Notes under the pieces: model-generated
What the model saw: only the letters and a program-made list of their open reading frames with translations
The model's database searches: none
Told to the model about the DNA's origin: nothing
Assembly (NCBI GenBank): GCA_017560905.1
Contig: JAFZEA010000015.1
Coordinates: forward strand, 7,177 to 71,176
DNA from: Clostridia bacterium
GTDB taxonomy: Bacteria > Bacillota > Clostridia > Oscillospirales > QAKW01
Direction: 5' to 3'
DNA: 64,000 nt
Program-made: the position numbers and the translations under genes
Shown: positions 7,401 to 14,760 of the stretch, one piece after another
Layout of the letters: each line of letters opens with the position of its first letter
How positions within the stretch are numbered: the stretch's first letter is position 1

Positions 7401-9563
7401 GTCAGCGCTATAGGAACCGTGGCCCTCTACGATCTTACGAGAATCGGATACAACGCCGTCAATAGAGAAAGTGTAAACATTGTTGCGGCATTCCAGCCTA
7501 TAGGTATGGGGCACGTTGATGGTGCCGCCGGTATAATCTCTCCAGAAATAGTCGGTATAAGCGGAGTCACGATAGAGTCTCCAACCGGTATCTGTGGTGA
7601 AATACATGTTAATATAGTTGGGGATGGCACTGCTGCCGGTACCGACCTGAGTATACTCATAAGCGGAGGACAGAATCATAGAGGCACCGGTCACGCTGTC
7701 GCTCTGCCACTCAACGCTCCAATAACCGTCACTGTCCAGCATCAGATCACGGGACATCTCCATACGGACACCGACATCGACATCGGGAATCAGATCGATG
7801 TCACCTGCGGTGGTCACAGCCTCTTCACCGGTGAAGTCCCAAGAATAGGTCTCGGTATCAATGGTGCTGTACTCGTCGCTGGTCTCGCCGACGACCTGTA
7901 CGGTAACTGTGCTCAGGGGAGTGGTCAGATCGGTCTCGGAGTAGATCTCCATCTTAACAGTTGCGCCCTTGGGAGCGTTCTTGTTGACGATAAAGTCGTT
8001 CTTACCGTCATACTCAATAACGTTTGTAACCTCAGCGCCTGCTTCGTCGACAAACTTATAGACAAAATTGTCATCGGAGTCGTAATTGGTGGGGCGGGTG
8101 CAATAGTTGTAGAAATCGCCTGCTTTAACATAAACGGTGTCACCGTTTTCATAAGGAATCTGATTGAAGAAAGCGATTGCGCCCTCGGCAGCCTCAATGC
8201 AGGTGTTTCCTGTATAGATACGGGCGGCATTGGCACCGGCGTTCAGACCAACAATGTTTTTACCGGACTGCGTATAGTGCAGCTCGTCAAAACGGAGGGT
8301 ACTCTCTGCCTGAGAGAGAGTCTGGCTCAAGCGGCTGACATTAAAGTAATCATCCAGATCCTCTGCCAGCTTGAACTGAGCGGTACGGGTGGAGGTAACA
8401 ATACCTACAGGTCTCCAAGCAACCATAATGTTCATACAATAATCGAAATCAAGTATGTCAGTCATATAAGTGTGGAAGGTATGGGTACCTACGCCGTAGG
8501 TCTGGCCCAGAGTGGCAAACGCCTTGGCGTTCTTGGTCACTGCAAAGCCGTCATAGTGCTTGGTCCAGTTAGAAGAAACCTCCGCACAACCCTGCAGGAA
8601 GAAATAGGAGCGAACTGTAACTTCGTAGTTCTGTTGGAAAGAGGCTTTATTCCAGAGCGCATAGGCTTCTTGGTAGATCTCATTGATCAGCGCCCATGTA
8701 TCGGATGAACGATCGGTGCTGACACCGGGCAGAAAACGACCGATAGCGGTACCGGCAATAGCGGCATTCAGTATCAGGATCTTTTCACCGGTCTTTTCAT
8801 ACAGAGCCTTGGCAATACCGGGCTCAGTACCACCGACTGCGGCTCTGCCGTTGTTGTTCATCTCGGTAAAATCAGAGGTACAACCGGAGGCGGAGACGCC
8901 ACTGACAGGACCGTAGTACAAAGCAGTGCCCTCGGCAGGTACTTCAGCTGCATTCTTGTCATTGTAGTTATAAGCAGCATTGGACTGACCTGTCAGCATC
9001 CATACACCGAGTACGGCACGGATGGTCTTGGTAATGGTCAGTTTCTTAGTAGTAGAGCCGGCGGTGGCGGTAATGGTGACTGCCTTGTCGGCCTCGGGAA
9101 TACTGAGGTTCTCGGTTACGGCATTGATTGTAATCTCACCGCTGTTGTTAACAGAGGCAACACCTTTGTTGCTGGAGGTGAAAGTCCACTTGCCCTCACC
9201 GGGATTCCATGTATAACGGTCATTGTACTGCAGCACAAAGCCCTGAGAGGCATCCTTAACAAATGTAACGGTAAGGGTAGCACCGTCTTTGGTCACGGTA
9301 GCCGTGGCCTCGGTGGCGGTGTCGGGCATAAATGCCTGCACTACCTCGCCGCCCGTGCAGGTAATCTGCGGAATACGGGGACGACCGTCAGGAAGCTTGA
9401 CAGTGTACTTACCGCTACCGTTTGATACAGCAGTAACATCCATATCGAATTCGATGTCACTGATGCTGAGTGTGGCAGCAGATGCAGTTTGGAAGCCGGT
9501 CATCAATGACAACAGCATCAGCAGTGTCATGATCCAGCTCATTACGACCTTCATTTTTTTCAT
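4404..9563 (-). CDS. Giant secreted multidomain S-layer-anchored protein (SASA/SGNH-like esterase region, beta-helix-like region, Cys/His repeats, 3 SLH)
   Basis: 1719 aa. Signal peptide MKKMKVVMSWIMTLLMLLSLMTGFQTASA. LTGQSNAAY (GQSN esterase-type motif) at about aa 192. Long Asn/Thr/Gly-rich beta-strand regions. Six repeats of about 40 aa with H-x11-C-x3-G-x5-C-x2-C (nt about 4986-5696). Three C-terminal SLH repeats (FSPNASMTRAMFVTVL, FAPNAAVTREQICLIL, FDPQGLATRAEVATII). Confidence 0.85.
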   Translation of the reverse strand: MKKMKVVMSWIMTLLMLLSLMTGFQTASAATLSISDIEFDMDVTAVSNGSGKYTVKLPDGRPRIPQITCTGGEVVQAFMPDTATEATATVTKDGATLTVTFVKDASQGFVLQYNDRYTWNPGEGKWTFTSSNKGVASVNNSGEITINAVTENLSIPEADKAVTITATAGSTTKKLTITKTIRAVLGVWMLTGQSNAAYNYNDKNAAEVPAEGTALYYGPVSGVSASGCTSDFTEMNNNGRAAVGGTEPGIAKALYEKTGEKILILNAAIAGTAIGRFLPGVSTDRSSDTWALINEIYQEAYALWNKASFQQNYEVTVRSYFFLQGCAEVSSNWTKHYDGFAVTKNAKAFATLGQTYGVGTHTFHTYMTDILDFDYCMNIMVAWRPVGIVTSTRTAQFKLAEDLDDYFNVSRLSQTLSQAESTLRFDELHYTQSGKNIVGLNAGANAARIYTGNTCIEAAEGAIAFFNQIPYENGDTVYVKAGDFYNYCTRPTNYDSDDNFVYKFVDEAGAEVTNVIEYDGKNDFIVNKNAPKGATVKMEIYSETDLTTPLSTVTVQVVGETSDEYSTIDTETYSWDFTGEEAVTTAGDIDLIPDVDVGVRMEMSRDLMLDSDGYWSVEWQSDSVTGASMILSSAYEYTQVGTGSSAIPNYINMYFTTDTGWRLYRDSAYTDYFWRDYTGGTINVPHTYRLECRNNVYTFSIDGVVSDSRKIVEGHGSYSADSPHASSSTAGLFSNEFNVHYIRGGTTSTASSDYDYSGNVSYVKIELGTEKPVVNKVNNYPYLSNKGAGTQSNPYVITSKVAAGTVITPASFQLATPAGTATISADKFGGEALSSITCTEGTKSVYVMLLGALPYMSTFYRIDFTVSDDPDIMYYEVMVDGDKYTAGASVDYIIDGQTKTFIAGKSLFTTITEAVRLVGEDGIVYIDKGGFAEDVEINRSIIIKGAQAGVSPNAKGDNRNDVWTNTRSDLSAETVLTGAWTMTSDSAYFELDGVTLTEYATFTDMRTNVSDAKIIWNNVVVTDLKTNTAFRFGEATAMQEGVVTGSLTINDMRAYGLKTAQLMNTALSSVNLNNSYFEGTSKVDLFRVPGIATGSINNTAAYNVTNCMFDGSSANSMFQFELVSALGNTAITKYENVAISMTDNVFLNPISASGSLDNGYIYVHADSDNFTFAFTGNYIYENDASNASANTALIYGAGAASDAAYADYSKAYSVKKNRFIISGNNNMPRIFSAPATEMGHNNVNVGGNYAEVAGVVTLPITNETVNSVVGNPISYTKYYYEDADLTISTCPHSETREEIQNSSCITNGYKKTYCIACDELIGDEVLPFGDHMLSNWIVETEASCTEDGLAYVYCTVCTQRQDTNVLSATGHDGGKWKVIENAACDHVGKRALLCTACQAELGAEEEIPTLDHVFESVSVIKATCLADGLETFECISCGTFEDKALPQLLHVPGAWTVTIPATCQADGYREIRCTECNTYMDGESLAGEHTYSWVEIVPATDTEFGLEEYVCSVCSAVGDSRYILPLCKDATYKFVDIKTSDWFVRNGAMDFVFTTGLFAGTSDDTFSPNASMTRAMFVTVLGRLHGAAVNHKTATKFTDVPTGKWYSGYVAWAYENDIVDGISDTAFAPNAAVTREQICLILVNYCDSACNVAFNMPKTQAAKTFADAAKISNWAKKAVTACQRAGIIQGKTGNKFDPQGLATRAEVATIIMNFVYAQY

Positions 9564-9675
9564 AAAGCTCTCTCCTTTTCAGTTAGATACTTATACTCTT
9601 ATATTATATATTATTAACATTAAAATTTCCATATCTTCTTTGACCAAAAAAGCAGATACTTTTTTGTTAACATTG

Positions 9676-9710
9676 TACAAAAGTCGCACCTTGCTTTCAC
9701 AAGGTGCGAC
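9676..9710 (-). terminator. Terminator after rlmH
   Basis: GTCGCACCTTG-ctttca-CAAGGTGCGAC (9683-9693 / 9700-9710), followed on the minus strand by TTTTGT. Confidence 0.7.
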
Positions 9711-9716
9711 TCAGAC

Positions 9717-10190
9717 TTATTTATGATAACTTTCGTTGTGATTGATTTTAAATGCTCGGTAGAGCTGTTCCAGAAGCATCACCCGCATCAACTGATGGGG
9801 AAAGGTCATCTCGGAAAAGGACAGCCGATGGCTGCAGGCCCGCTTTACTTTTTCACCAAGCCCGTGAGATGAGCCGATAACCAGATCCATACTACCCTGC
9901 ATAGTCGCCCCCTCGACAAGCGCCGCAAAGCCCTCGGAGCTATAGTGTTTCCCCTCAACGCACAGCGCGATCCGAACGTTGCCCGAGAGTTGCTTGATTA
10001 TCGCTTCCGCCTCTTTGTCCAGCGCTTTGTCAACCTCTGCTGCAGCGGGGGTTTGCGGCAGGTATGCTTCGCTGAGCTCTGTCACCTTGAGAGAGGCAAA
10101 TCGACCCAACCTTTTGCTGTATTCCGCCACCGCCTCACGCAGATATTTTTCCTTCAGCGTGCCGACGGTAATAATATGAATTTTGAGCAT
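9717..10190 (-). CDS. rlmH: 23S rRNA (pseudouridine1915-N3)-methyltransferase RlmH (SPOUT)
   Basis: 157 aa. MLKIHIITVGTLKEKYLREAVAEYSKRL...VIGSSHGL...SFSEMTFPHQLMRVMLLEQLYRA matches the RlmH family over its full length. Confidence 0.9.
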   Translation of the reverse strand: MLKIHIITVGTLKEKYLREAVAEYSKRLGRFASLKVTELSEAYLPQTPAAAEVDKALDKEAEAIIKQLSGNVRIALCVEGKHYSSEGFAALVEGATMQGSMDLVIGSSHGLGEKVKRACSHRLSFSEMTFPHQLMRVMLLEQLYRAFKINHNESYHK

Positions 10191-10192
10191 CG

Positions 10193-10954
10193 CTACACCT
10201 CCACCACGGTAGGCATATCACTTTCGTCCGCCACCTCGACAGATACCGGCAAACCCAGTCGCCGCAACGGTTCTGTCGTCGTAGCTGCCGCCATCATATA
10301 CGTATTGCTGTTTTCGCTGACGTGTCCCAACAATACCTTTTGCAGACCCAGAAAGCAAAGCTTTACCACCGTGTCGGCGCACACAGTATTGGACAAATGA
10401 CCTCGCTCAGAGCGAATACGACATTGCAGGTGGTAGGGATAGTTGCAGGCCGCCAGCATGGTTTCGTCATAGTTGGCCTCGATATACAACATATCACAGC
10501 CCTCGATCTGGGTAAATATCACGCTGTCCACCTGACCGCAGTCGGTCAGTGCCGCCACTTTTTTTCCGTCCGCCCAAAAGCAATAACCGCAAGGCTCTGC
10601 CGCATCGTGATAGGTGGAAAAGCGACGAACCCGTATATCCCCCACCGTAAACTCACCATTGCCGCCGATAATCACATGCTCGCTGATATAGGGCAGTGCC
10701 AACGCCGTGCGACGGTTGCAGTATACCGGCAAATCCCAGTGACGGAGCAGTGTTGCCAGTCCGCAGACGTGGTCGGTATGCTCGTGGGTGATCACAATTC
10801 CCTGTAACGCTTGCGGGTCAACGTCTGCCGCCGCCAACGCCTTTTTAATCTTCAAAAAACTGACACCGCAATCCAACAGCAGTGCCGTACCGCTGTCCGA
10901 CAGAATGACCGACGCATTTCCCTTACTTCCGGAATATAAAGAAATAAATTTCAA
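10193..10954 (-). CDS. MBL-fold metallo-hydrolase, YycJ/WalJ-like
   Basis: HEHTDHVCG (HxHxDH) motif. N-terminus MKFISLYSGSKGNASVI. TTG start with AAGGAG upstream. It lies directly upstream of rlmH, as yycJ does in Bacilli. Confidence 0.8.
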   Translation of the reverse strand: MKFISLYSGSKGNASVILSDSGTALLLDCGVSFLKIKKALAAADVDPQALQGIVITHEHTDHVCGLATLLRHWDLPVYCNRRTALALPYISEHVIIGGNGEFTVGDIRVRRFSTYHDAAEPCGYCFWADGKKVAALTDCGQVDSVIFTQIEGCDMLYIEANYDETMLAACNYPYHLQCRIRSERGHLSNTVCADTVVKLCFLGLQKVLLGHVSENSNTYMMAAATTTEPLRRLGLPVSVEVADESDMPTVVEV

Positions 10955-11044
10955 CCTTTTTTGACTCCTTGTTTTTAATGCTCTATCATTATACCTTAAC
11001 TCCCCAATAATTGCAAGGGGGCAGCCCCGACGTCAAATTTGCGA

Positions 11045-12316
11045 TTACAACAACTTAACAATATTATAGTAATAGTCCAGCAGATACCACAACTGTTCAA
11101 AGGGGCGCATAATGTTCCACACACCGATTCCTTTGAGTCGGAATTCCTCCACCAGGTCCAGCTTTTCCAGCACACTTCGGGCATCTTCAAGCCAAACCTC
11201 GTGTTGCTGTCCGTCCGCCGTATACCCGAAGTGCGGCGAGGCGGCTCTGTCTTCAAACAAAATCTCCGCATTCTCTTGTCCTGCAAGACTTGCCGCCTCC
11301 TGATTGCCGATAGAACGCGCTGCCGTCACTCCTCTTTCAAAGGGAAGCGGCCAATCGTAAGCATAGTTTGGCATACCCATAAGAATTTTTTCCGGTGGAA
11401 TCACCGAGGCCGCATATTGCAGTACCTTGCGCACCTCACCCAGCGGTGCGATCGCCATCGGCGGTCCGTAGGTATACCCCCATTCGTATGTCATAATGAG
11501 TGCACGGTCTGCCGCCCGTCCCAGTAGCTCATAATTGTGCGCTTCATAGAGCAAGCCACGTTGTGTGGCAGAGTATTTGGGTGCCAGTGCCACCATCACG
11601 ATTCCAGGTTCCACCGCCGCGCGAAGTCGGGAGATAAAATCGGCATACTCTTCCCCTAAGTTTTCGGGGATAAACTCAAAATCCACATCTATACCGTAGT
11701 ACCCTTTTTCCTCCAGCACCGTCACCAATTCGGCAATCAGCCGATCCCCAAGCTCTTTATTTTCCAGTACGGCGGCCGCCGAAGCGGAATTAAAGGTACC
11801 ATCCTCCCCGATGGTTGACAGCAGCATTACAGGCGCCACCCCTGCCGCTTTGGCGGCGGCGATCAGTGCAGTATCTTCAGCAGGCACCAAATCTCCCGTC
11901 ACCGTCACCCCGTAACTGAAGATCGTAAGATAAGTCAGATACGGCAGTGTACACTCCAACAACTCGGGCTCTATAAATGAATAGGCATATCCGTTGACCT
12001 CCAGATTGCCTCGCTTGGCAGGCACACTGCGCACAAAGATGGTTTCTCCCGCCATCAGCGGTCTGTCCCGCAACGTCGGATTGTCAGCGTACAACAGCGC
12101 CAACGGCTCCCCCAAGCGATTTGCGATCTGTCCCAGAGTTTCACCACGTCGCACGGTATAGGCATGCGTTTCGGTGGGCAGGATGAGTGACTGTCCCACC
12201 GCCAGACGATCGGGATCTGTCAGTCCGTTGATGCGGATGACCTCGCCCGCATCAACGCCGTAAATACGGGAAATGCTTTGCAGGGTATCCCCCGGCGCAA
12301 CTTTATAAATAAACAT
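11045..12316 (-). CDS. Two-LysM + GH18 peptidoglycan/cortex hydrolase (YaaH/SleL-like)
   Basis: Two LysM repeats (YKVAPGDTLQSISRIYGV...GQSLILP; YTVRRGETLGQIANRL). A GH18 catalytic block follows (GIDVDFEFIP, the DxDxE motif). At 423 aa it has the same architecture and size as B. subtilis YaaH. Confidence 0.75.
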   Translation of the reverse strand: MFIYKVAPGDTLQSISRIYGVDAGEVIRINGLTDPDRLAVGQSLILPTETHAYTVRRGETLGQIANRLGEPLALLYADNPTLRDRPLMAGETIFVRSVPAKRGNLEVNGYAYSFIEPELLECTLPYLTYLTIFSYGVTVTGDLVPAEDTALIAAAKAAGVAPVMLLSTIGEDGTFNSASAAAVLENKELGDRLIAELVTVLEEKGYYGIDVDFEFIPENLGEEYADFISRLRAAVEPGIVMVALAPKYSATQRGLLYEAHNYELLGRAADRALIMTYEWGYTYGPPMAIAPLGEVRKVLQYAASVIPPEKILMGMPNYAYDWPLPFERGVTAARSIGNQEAASLAGQENAEILFEDRAASPHFGYTADGQQHEVWLEDARSVLEKLDLVEEFRLKGIGVWNIMRPFEQLWYLLDYYYNIVKLL

Positions 12317-12362
12317 TTTCTTCCCTCCCAGAAATTCTCTCGATAAAATATATGCTTATCAC

Positions 12363-12391
12363 TTGCAATCAATCCAAAAATTTTATATAAT
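12363..12391 (+). promoter_or_regulatory. Candidate sigma-A promoter of the ribulokinase gene
   Basis: TTGCAA (12363-12368), a 17-nt spacer and TATAAT (12386-12391). Confidence 0.55.
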
Positions 12392-12424
12392 GAAACCACA
12401 TATATTTACGAAAGGGGACCCTAT

Positions 12425-14059
12425 ATGGCGAAATACAGTATCGGATTGGATTTCGGCACGCTGAGCGCACGAGGCGTGATGGTCGACGTGACCTCGGGCG
12501 AAATCGTCGCAACAGCGCAGTATGCCTATCCGCACCAAATTATGTCCCATCTGCCCGACGGCACGCCGTTGCCGCCTGCTTCTGCCTATGCCCATCCCGA
12601 GGACTACATAGAAGGTATGCAAAAGATCATCCGCCAGATGACGCAAGAAATGCCCCCCGAGGGCGAGGTTGTGTCGCTGGGTATAGATTCCGCCACCAGC
12701 TCGGTCATTCCGTTGTCTGCCAACGGCGCACCGCTTTGCTTTTTGCCGGAATTCAAAGATCATGCACACGCCTATATTAAATTATGGAAGCATCACACCC
12801 CCACCCTGCAGGCCGCCCGTCTGCAGCAAGCCGCCCTCCGAAGAGGCGAGCGCTTTTTGTCCGACTGCGGCAACATGGTCAGTGTAGAAAGCTTTTTCCC
12901 CAAAGTTTTAGAAACCTTTGAAGAGGACAGAGAGGTTTATGATGCCGCCGCTCTGTTTCTGGAGGTCGGCGAATGGCTGACACTGGTACTGACCGGTAAA
13001 GTCGTTGCCGGTGAAACGTTTGCTTGCTTTAAGCGTTTTTATCATCCCTTCCGCGGCTACCCCGAAAAGGATTACTTTAACAGTGTTGCCCCCGATTTCG
13101 GCACGGTACTGAGCAAACTGCGTGGCAAAATGCTGCCCGTCGGTGCCAAAGCCGGCGAATTGCACGAGCGCACTGCCTCTGCCTTGGGTCTGCCCGCAGG
13201 CATAGCGGTTTCCTCGCCGCAGCTGGATGCGCACACCGCTATGGCGGCCGTGGGCGGAAAGCCCGGTGATATGGTCTGTGTTATGGGCACCAACGGCATC
13301 AGTCTGATGTGCTCTCACAGCGACAGCGGACTGGAAGGCATATCCAGCACCTCATCTCACTGTTTCCTGCCCGACACCTATGGTCACGAGGGCGGACAAA
13401 GTTCGGTCGGCGATACGTTTGCCTGGTTTGTAAACAACTTTGTTCCCCCCGAATACCACGACAACGCCTTAGAGCAGGAAATGTCCTTGCACCAGTACCT
13501 CTCCTCCCTTGCCTCTGAGAAAAAACCGGGAGAAAGCGGTCTGATGGCGCTCAACTGGTTGGCAGGTGTGCGTACACCTTATATGGACTATTCGTTGAAC
13601 GGTACCCTTGTCGGCATGACCTTACAGACCAAACCCGAAGATATCTACCGCGCCCTGATTGAAGCAACGCTGTACAGCGCCCGACAAATCCGTGATATCT
13701 TTAAAAATCATGGTCACACGGTTTCCCGTTGTTTTCTGGCAGGCGGTATTCCCCGTAAAAACGAGCTGTTCTGTCAACTGGCTGCCGACATTTTAGGTGT
13801 TGACGTTCACGCCTGCACCTTTGAGGACACCTGCGCCTTGGGAAGCGCCATACTGGCCGCCTTTGCCTGGGGCGAAGAAAAGCGGGAAATCCTCATCAAC
13901 AATATGCGTTGCAAAGACATCAAGGATTACTATCCCGATTTTGCCGCGCGTGATACCTACGACAAGCTCTATGCCGAATATATGCGGCTGGGCAATATTA
14001 TGAAAGAACATAACAGTGTTATGAGAACTGTTACAAGAATCAAGGAGGAAATGAAATGA
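12425..14059 (+). CDS. araB: FGGY-family carbohydrate kinase, most like L-ribulokinase AraB
   Basis: 544 aa. N-terminus MAKYSIGLDFGTLSARGVMVDV...HPEDYIEG resembles AraB (MAYTIGVDFGTLSGRAV...HPADYIE). FGGY C-terminal block GGIPRKNELFCQLAADILG. No araA or araD is nearby. Confidence 0.7.
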   Translation: MAKYSIGLDFGTLSARGVMVDVTSGEIVATAQYAYPHQIMSHLPDGTPLPPASAYAHPEDYIEGMQKIIRQMTQEMPPEGEVVSLGIDSATSSVIPLSANGAPLCFLPEFKDHAHAYIKLWKHHTPTLQAARLQQAALRRGERFLSDCGNMVSVESFFPKVLETFEEDREVYDAAALFLEVGEWLTLVLTGKVVAGETFACFKRFYHPFRGYPEKDYFNSVAPDFGTVLSKLRGKMLPVGAKAGELHERTASALGLPAGIAVSSPQLDAHTAMAAVGGKPGDMVCVMGTNGISLMCSHSDSGLEGISSTSSHCFLPDTYGHEGGQSSVGDTFAWFVNNFVPPEYHDNALEQEMSLHQYLSSLASEKKPGESGLMALNWLAGVRTPYMDYSLNGTLVGMTLQTKPEDIYRALIEATLYSARQIRDIFKNHGHTVSRCFLAGGIPRKNELFCQLAADILGVDVHACTFEDTCALGSAILAAFAWGEEKREILINNMRCKDIKDYYPDFAARDTYDKLYAEYMRLGNIMKEHNSVMRTVTRIKEEMK

Positions 14060-14529
14060 AAAGACTGATCAGTGTATTACTTTGTGTGGTTCTGTTGTTC
14101 TGTGCAGCAGGCTGTTCCAAGACCGACAGCGTCCTTGCAGGCACCAAATGGGATATGAGCAAACAGCAGGTCAAAGCGATCGTCGGCGAAGACAAAGTGC
14201 AGGACGGCGCTTCGGAAAACGTCATCAACTGGATGCTGACAAAGGAACTCAGCGATGTATTCGGTGAGCGCACCGTATCCGTCGCCTTCGTTTTTACGGA
14301 AGATAAGATGAGCAGCATTACCGTTCAGATCTTCACAGGCGATGGTGAAACCATTGAAACCGCCATGTCTGCCACCAAGACCGCAATGGAAAAGGTTTAC
14401 GGCCCCGCTGATGAGGGCGATTCCGTTCATTGGCATGGCGAAACCGCTGCCATCAGCCTGCGCACCATAGATGGTACAAAAAGTTTCTTCATAGCTTCCT
14501 TCAGTCCGATGACCGCGCACTCCCACTAA
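14056..14529 (+). CDS. Hypothetical lipoprotein
   Basis: MKRLISVLLCVVLLFCAAGCSK is a signal peptide with a lipobox (AAGC). The ATGA overlap with the araB stop indicates translational coupling. Confidence 0.7.
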   Translation: MKRLISVLLCVVLLFCAAGCSKTDSVLAGTKWDMSKQQVKAIVGEDKVQDGASENVINWMLTKELSDVFGERTVSVAFVFTEDKMSSITVQIFTGDGETIETAMSATKTAMEKVYGPADEGDSVHWHGETAAISLRTIDGTKSFFIASFSPMTAHSH

Positions 14530-14539
14530 AACATTATAA

Positions 14540-14572
14540 ATACCGCTTTGAATCACTTCAAAGCGGTATTTA
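14540..14572 (+). terminator. Hairpin after the lipoprotein gene
   Basis: ATACCGCTTTGAA-tcac-TTCAAAGCGGTAT, a 13-bp stem (14540-14552 / 14557-14569). The T-tract is weak. Confidence 0.55.
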
Positions 14573-14609
14573 ACTGCCAAAAAAGTCGTTTCACCACAGA
14601 GAAACAATT

Positions 14610-14678
14610 ATGAATCGCCGTGTATTTGTGACCGGTGCGACCAATGGCACCAGATATGCCATTGCCTCCGTTTTTTAA
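14610..14678 (+). pseudogene. 22-codon remnant of a short-chain dehydrogenase N-terminus
   Basis: ATG 14610 reads MNRRVFVTGATNGTRYAIASVF*. It resembles the Rossmann start of SDRs (VTGAxxGIGxAIA) and is then truncated. Confidence 0.3.
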
Positions 14679-14714
14679 AATTGGGGGTCAGGCCCCTTTT
14701 TAAAATTTTGAAAT

Positions 14715-14750
14715 AAGGGAAGAGATCACATCTCTTCCCTTTATTTATTT
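14715..14750. terminator. Hairpin terminator downstream of pnp
   Basis: AAGGGAAGAGAT-cac-ATCTCTTCCCTT (14715-14726 / 14730-14741). T-rich on the plus side (tatttatttt) and A/T-rich on the other. Confidence 0.65.
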
Positions 14751-14760
14751 TGTTGTGAGC

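Noticed and set aside
4302-8708. 1468-aa plus-strand ORF covering most of the SLH giant gene region
   Set aside because: It is the codon-aligned antisense frame of the 1719-aa minus-strand gene. Its translation is low-complexity (G/V/A/I/T-rich) with no motif, signal, RBS or sensible start. The minus frame has a signal peptide, an RBS, SLH domains and a terminator. Long antisense ORFs are expected when TTA/CTA/TCA codons are rare in the sense frame.
9717-10954. yycJ-rlmH as part of a WalRK (yycFG) operon, with the 24.9-27.1 kb two-component system as WalRK
   Set aside because: The MBL-fold gene and rlmH have no adjacent regulator or kinase. The two-component system at 24.9 kb is 14 kb away on the other strand. 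Its kinase has no PAS domain between HAMP and HisKA, and there are no YycH/YycI-like genes. A WalRK assignment is therefore not supported.
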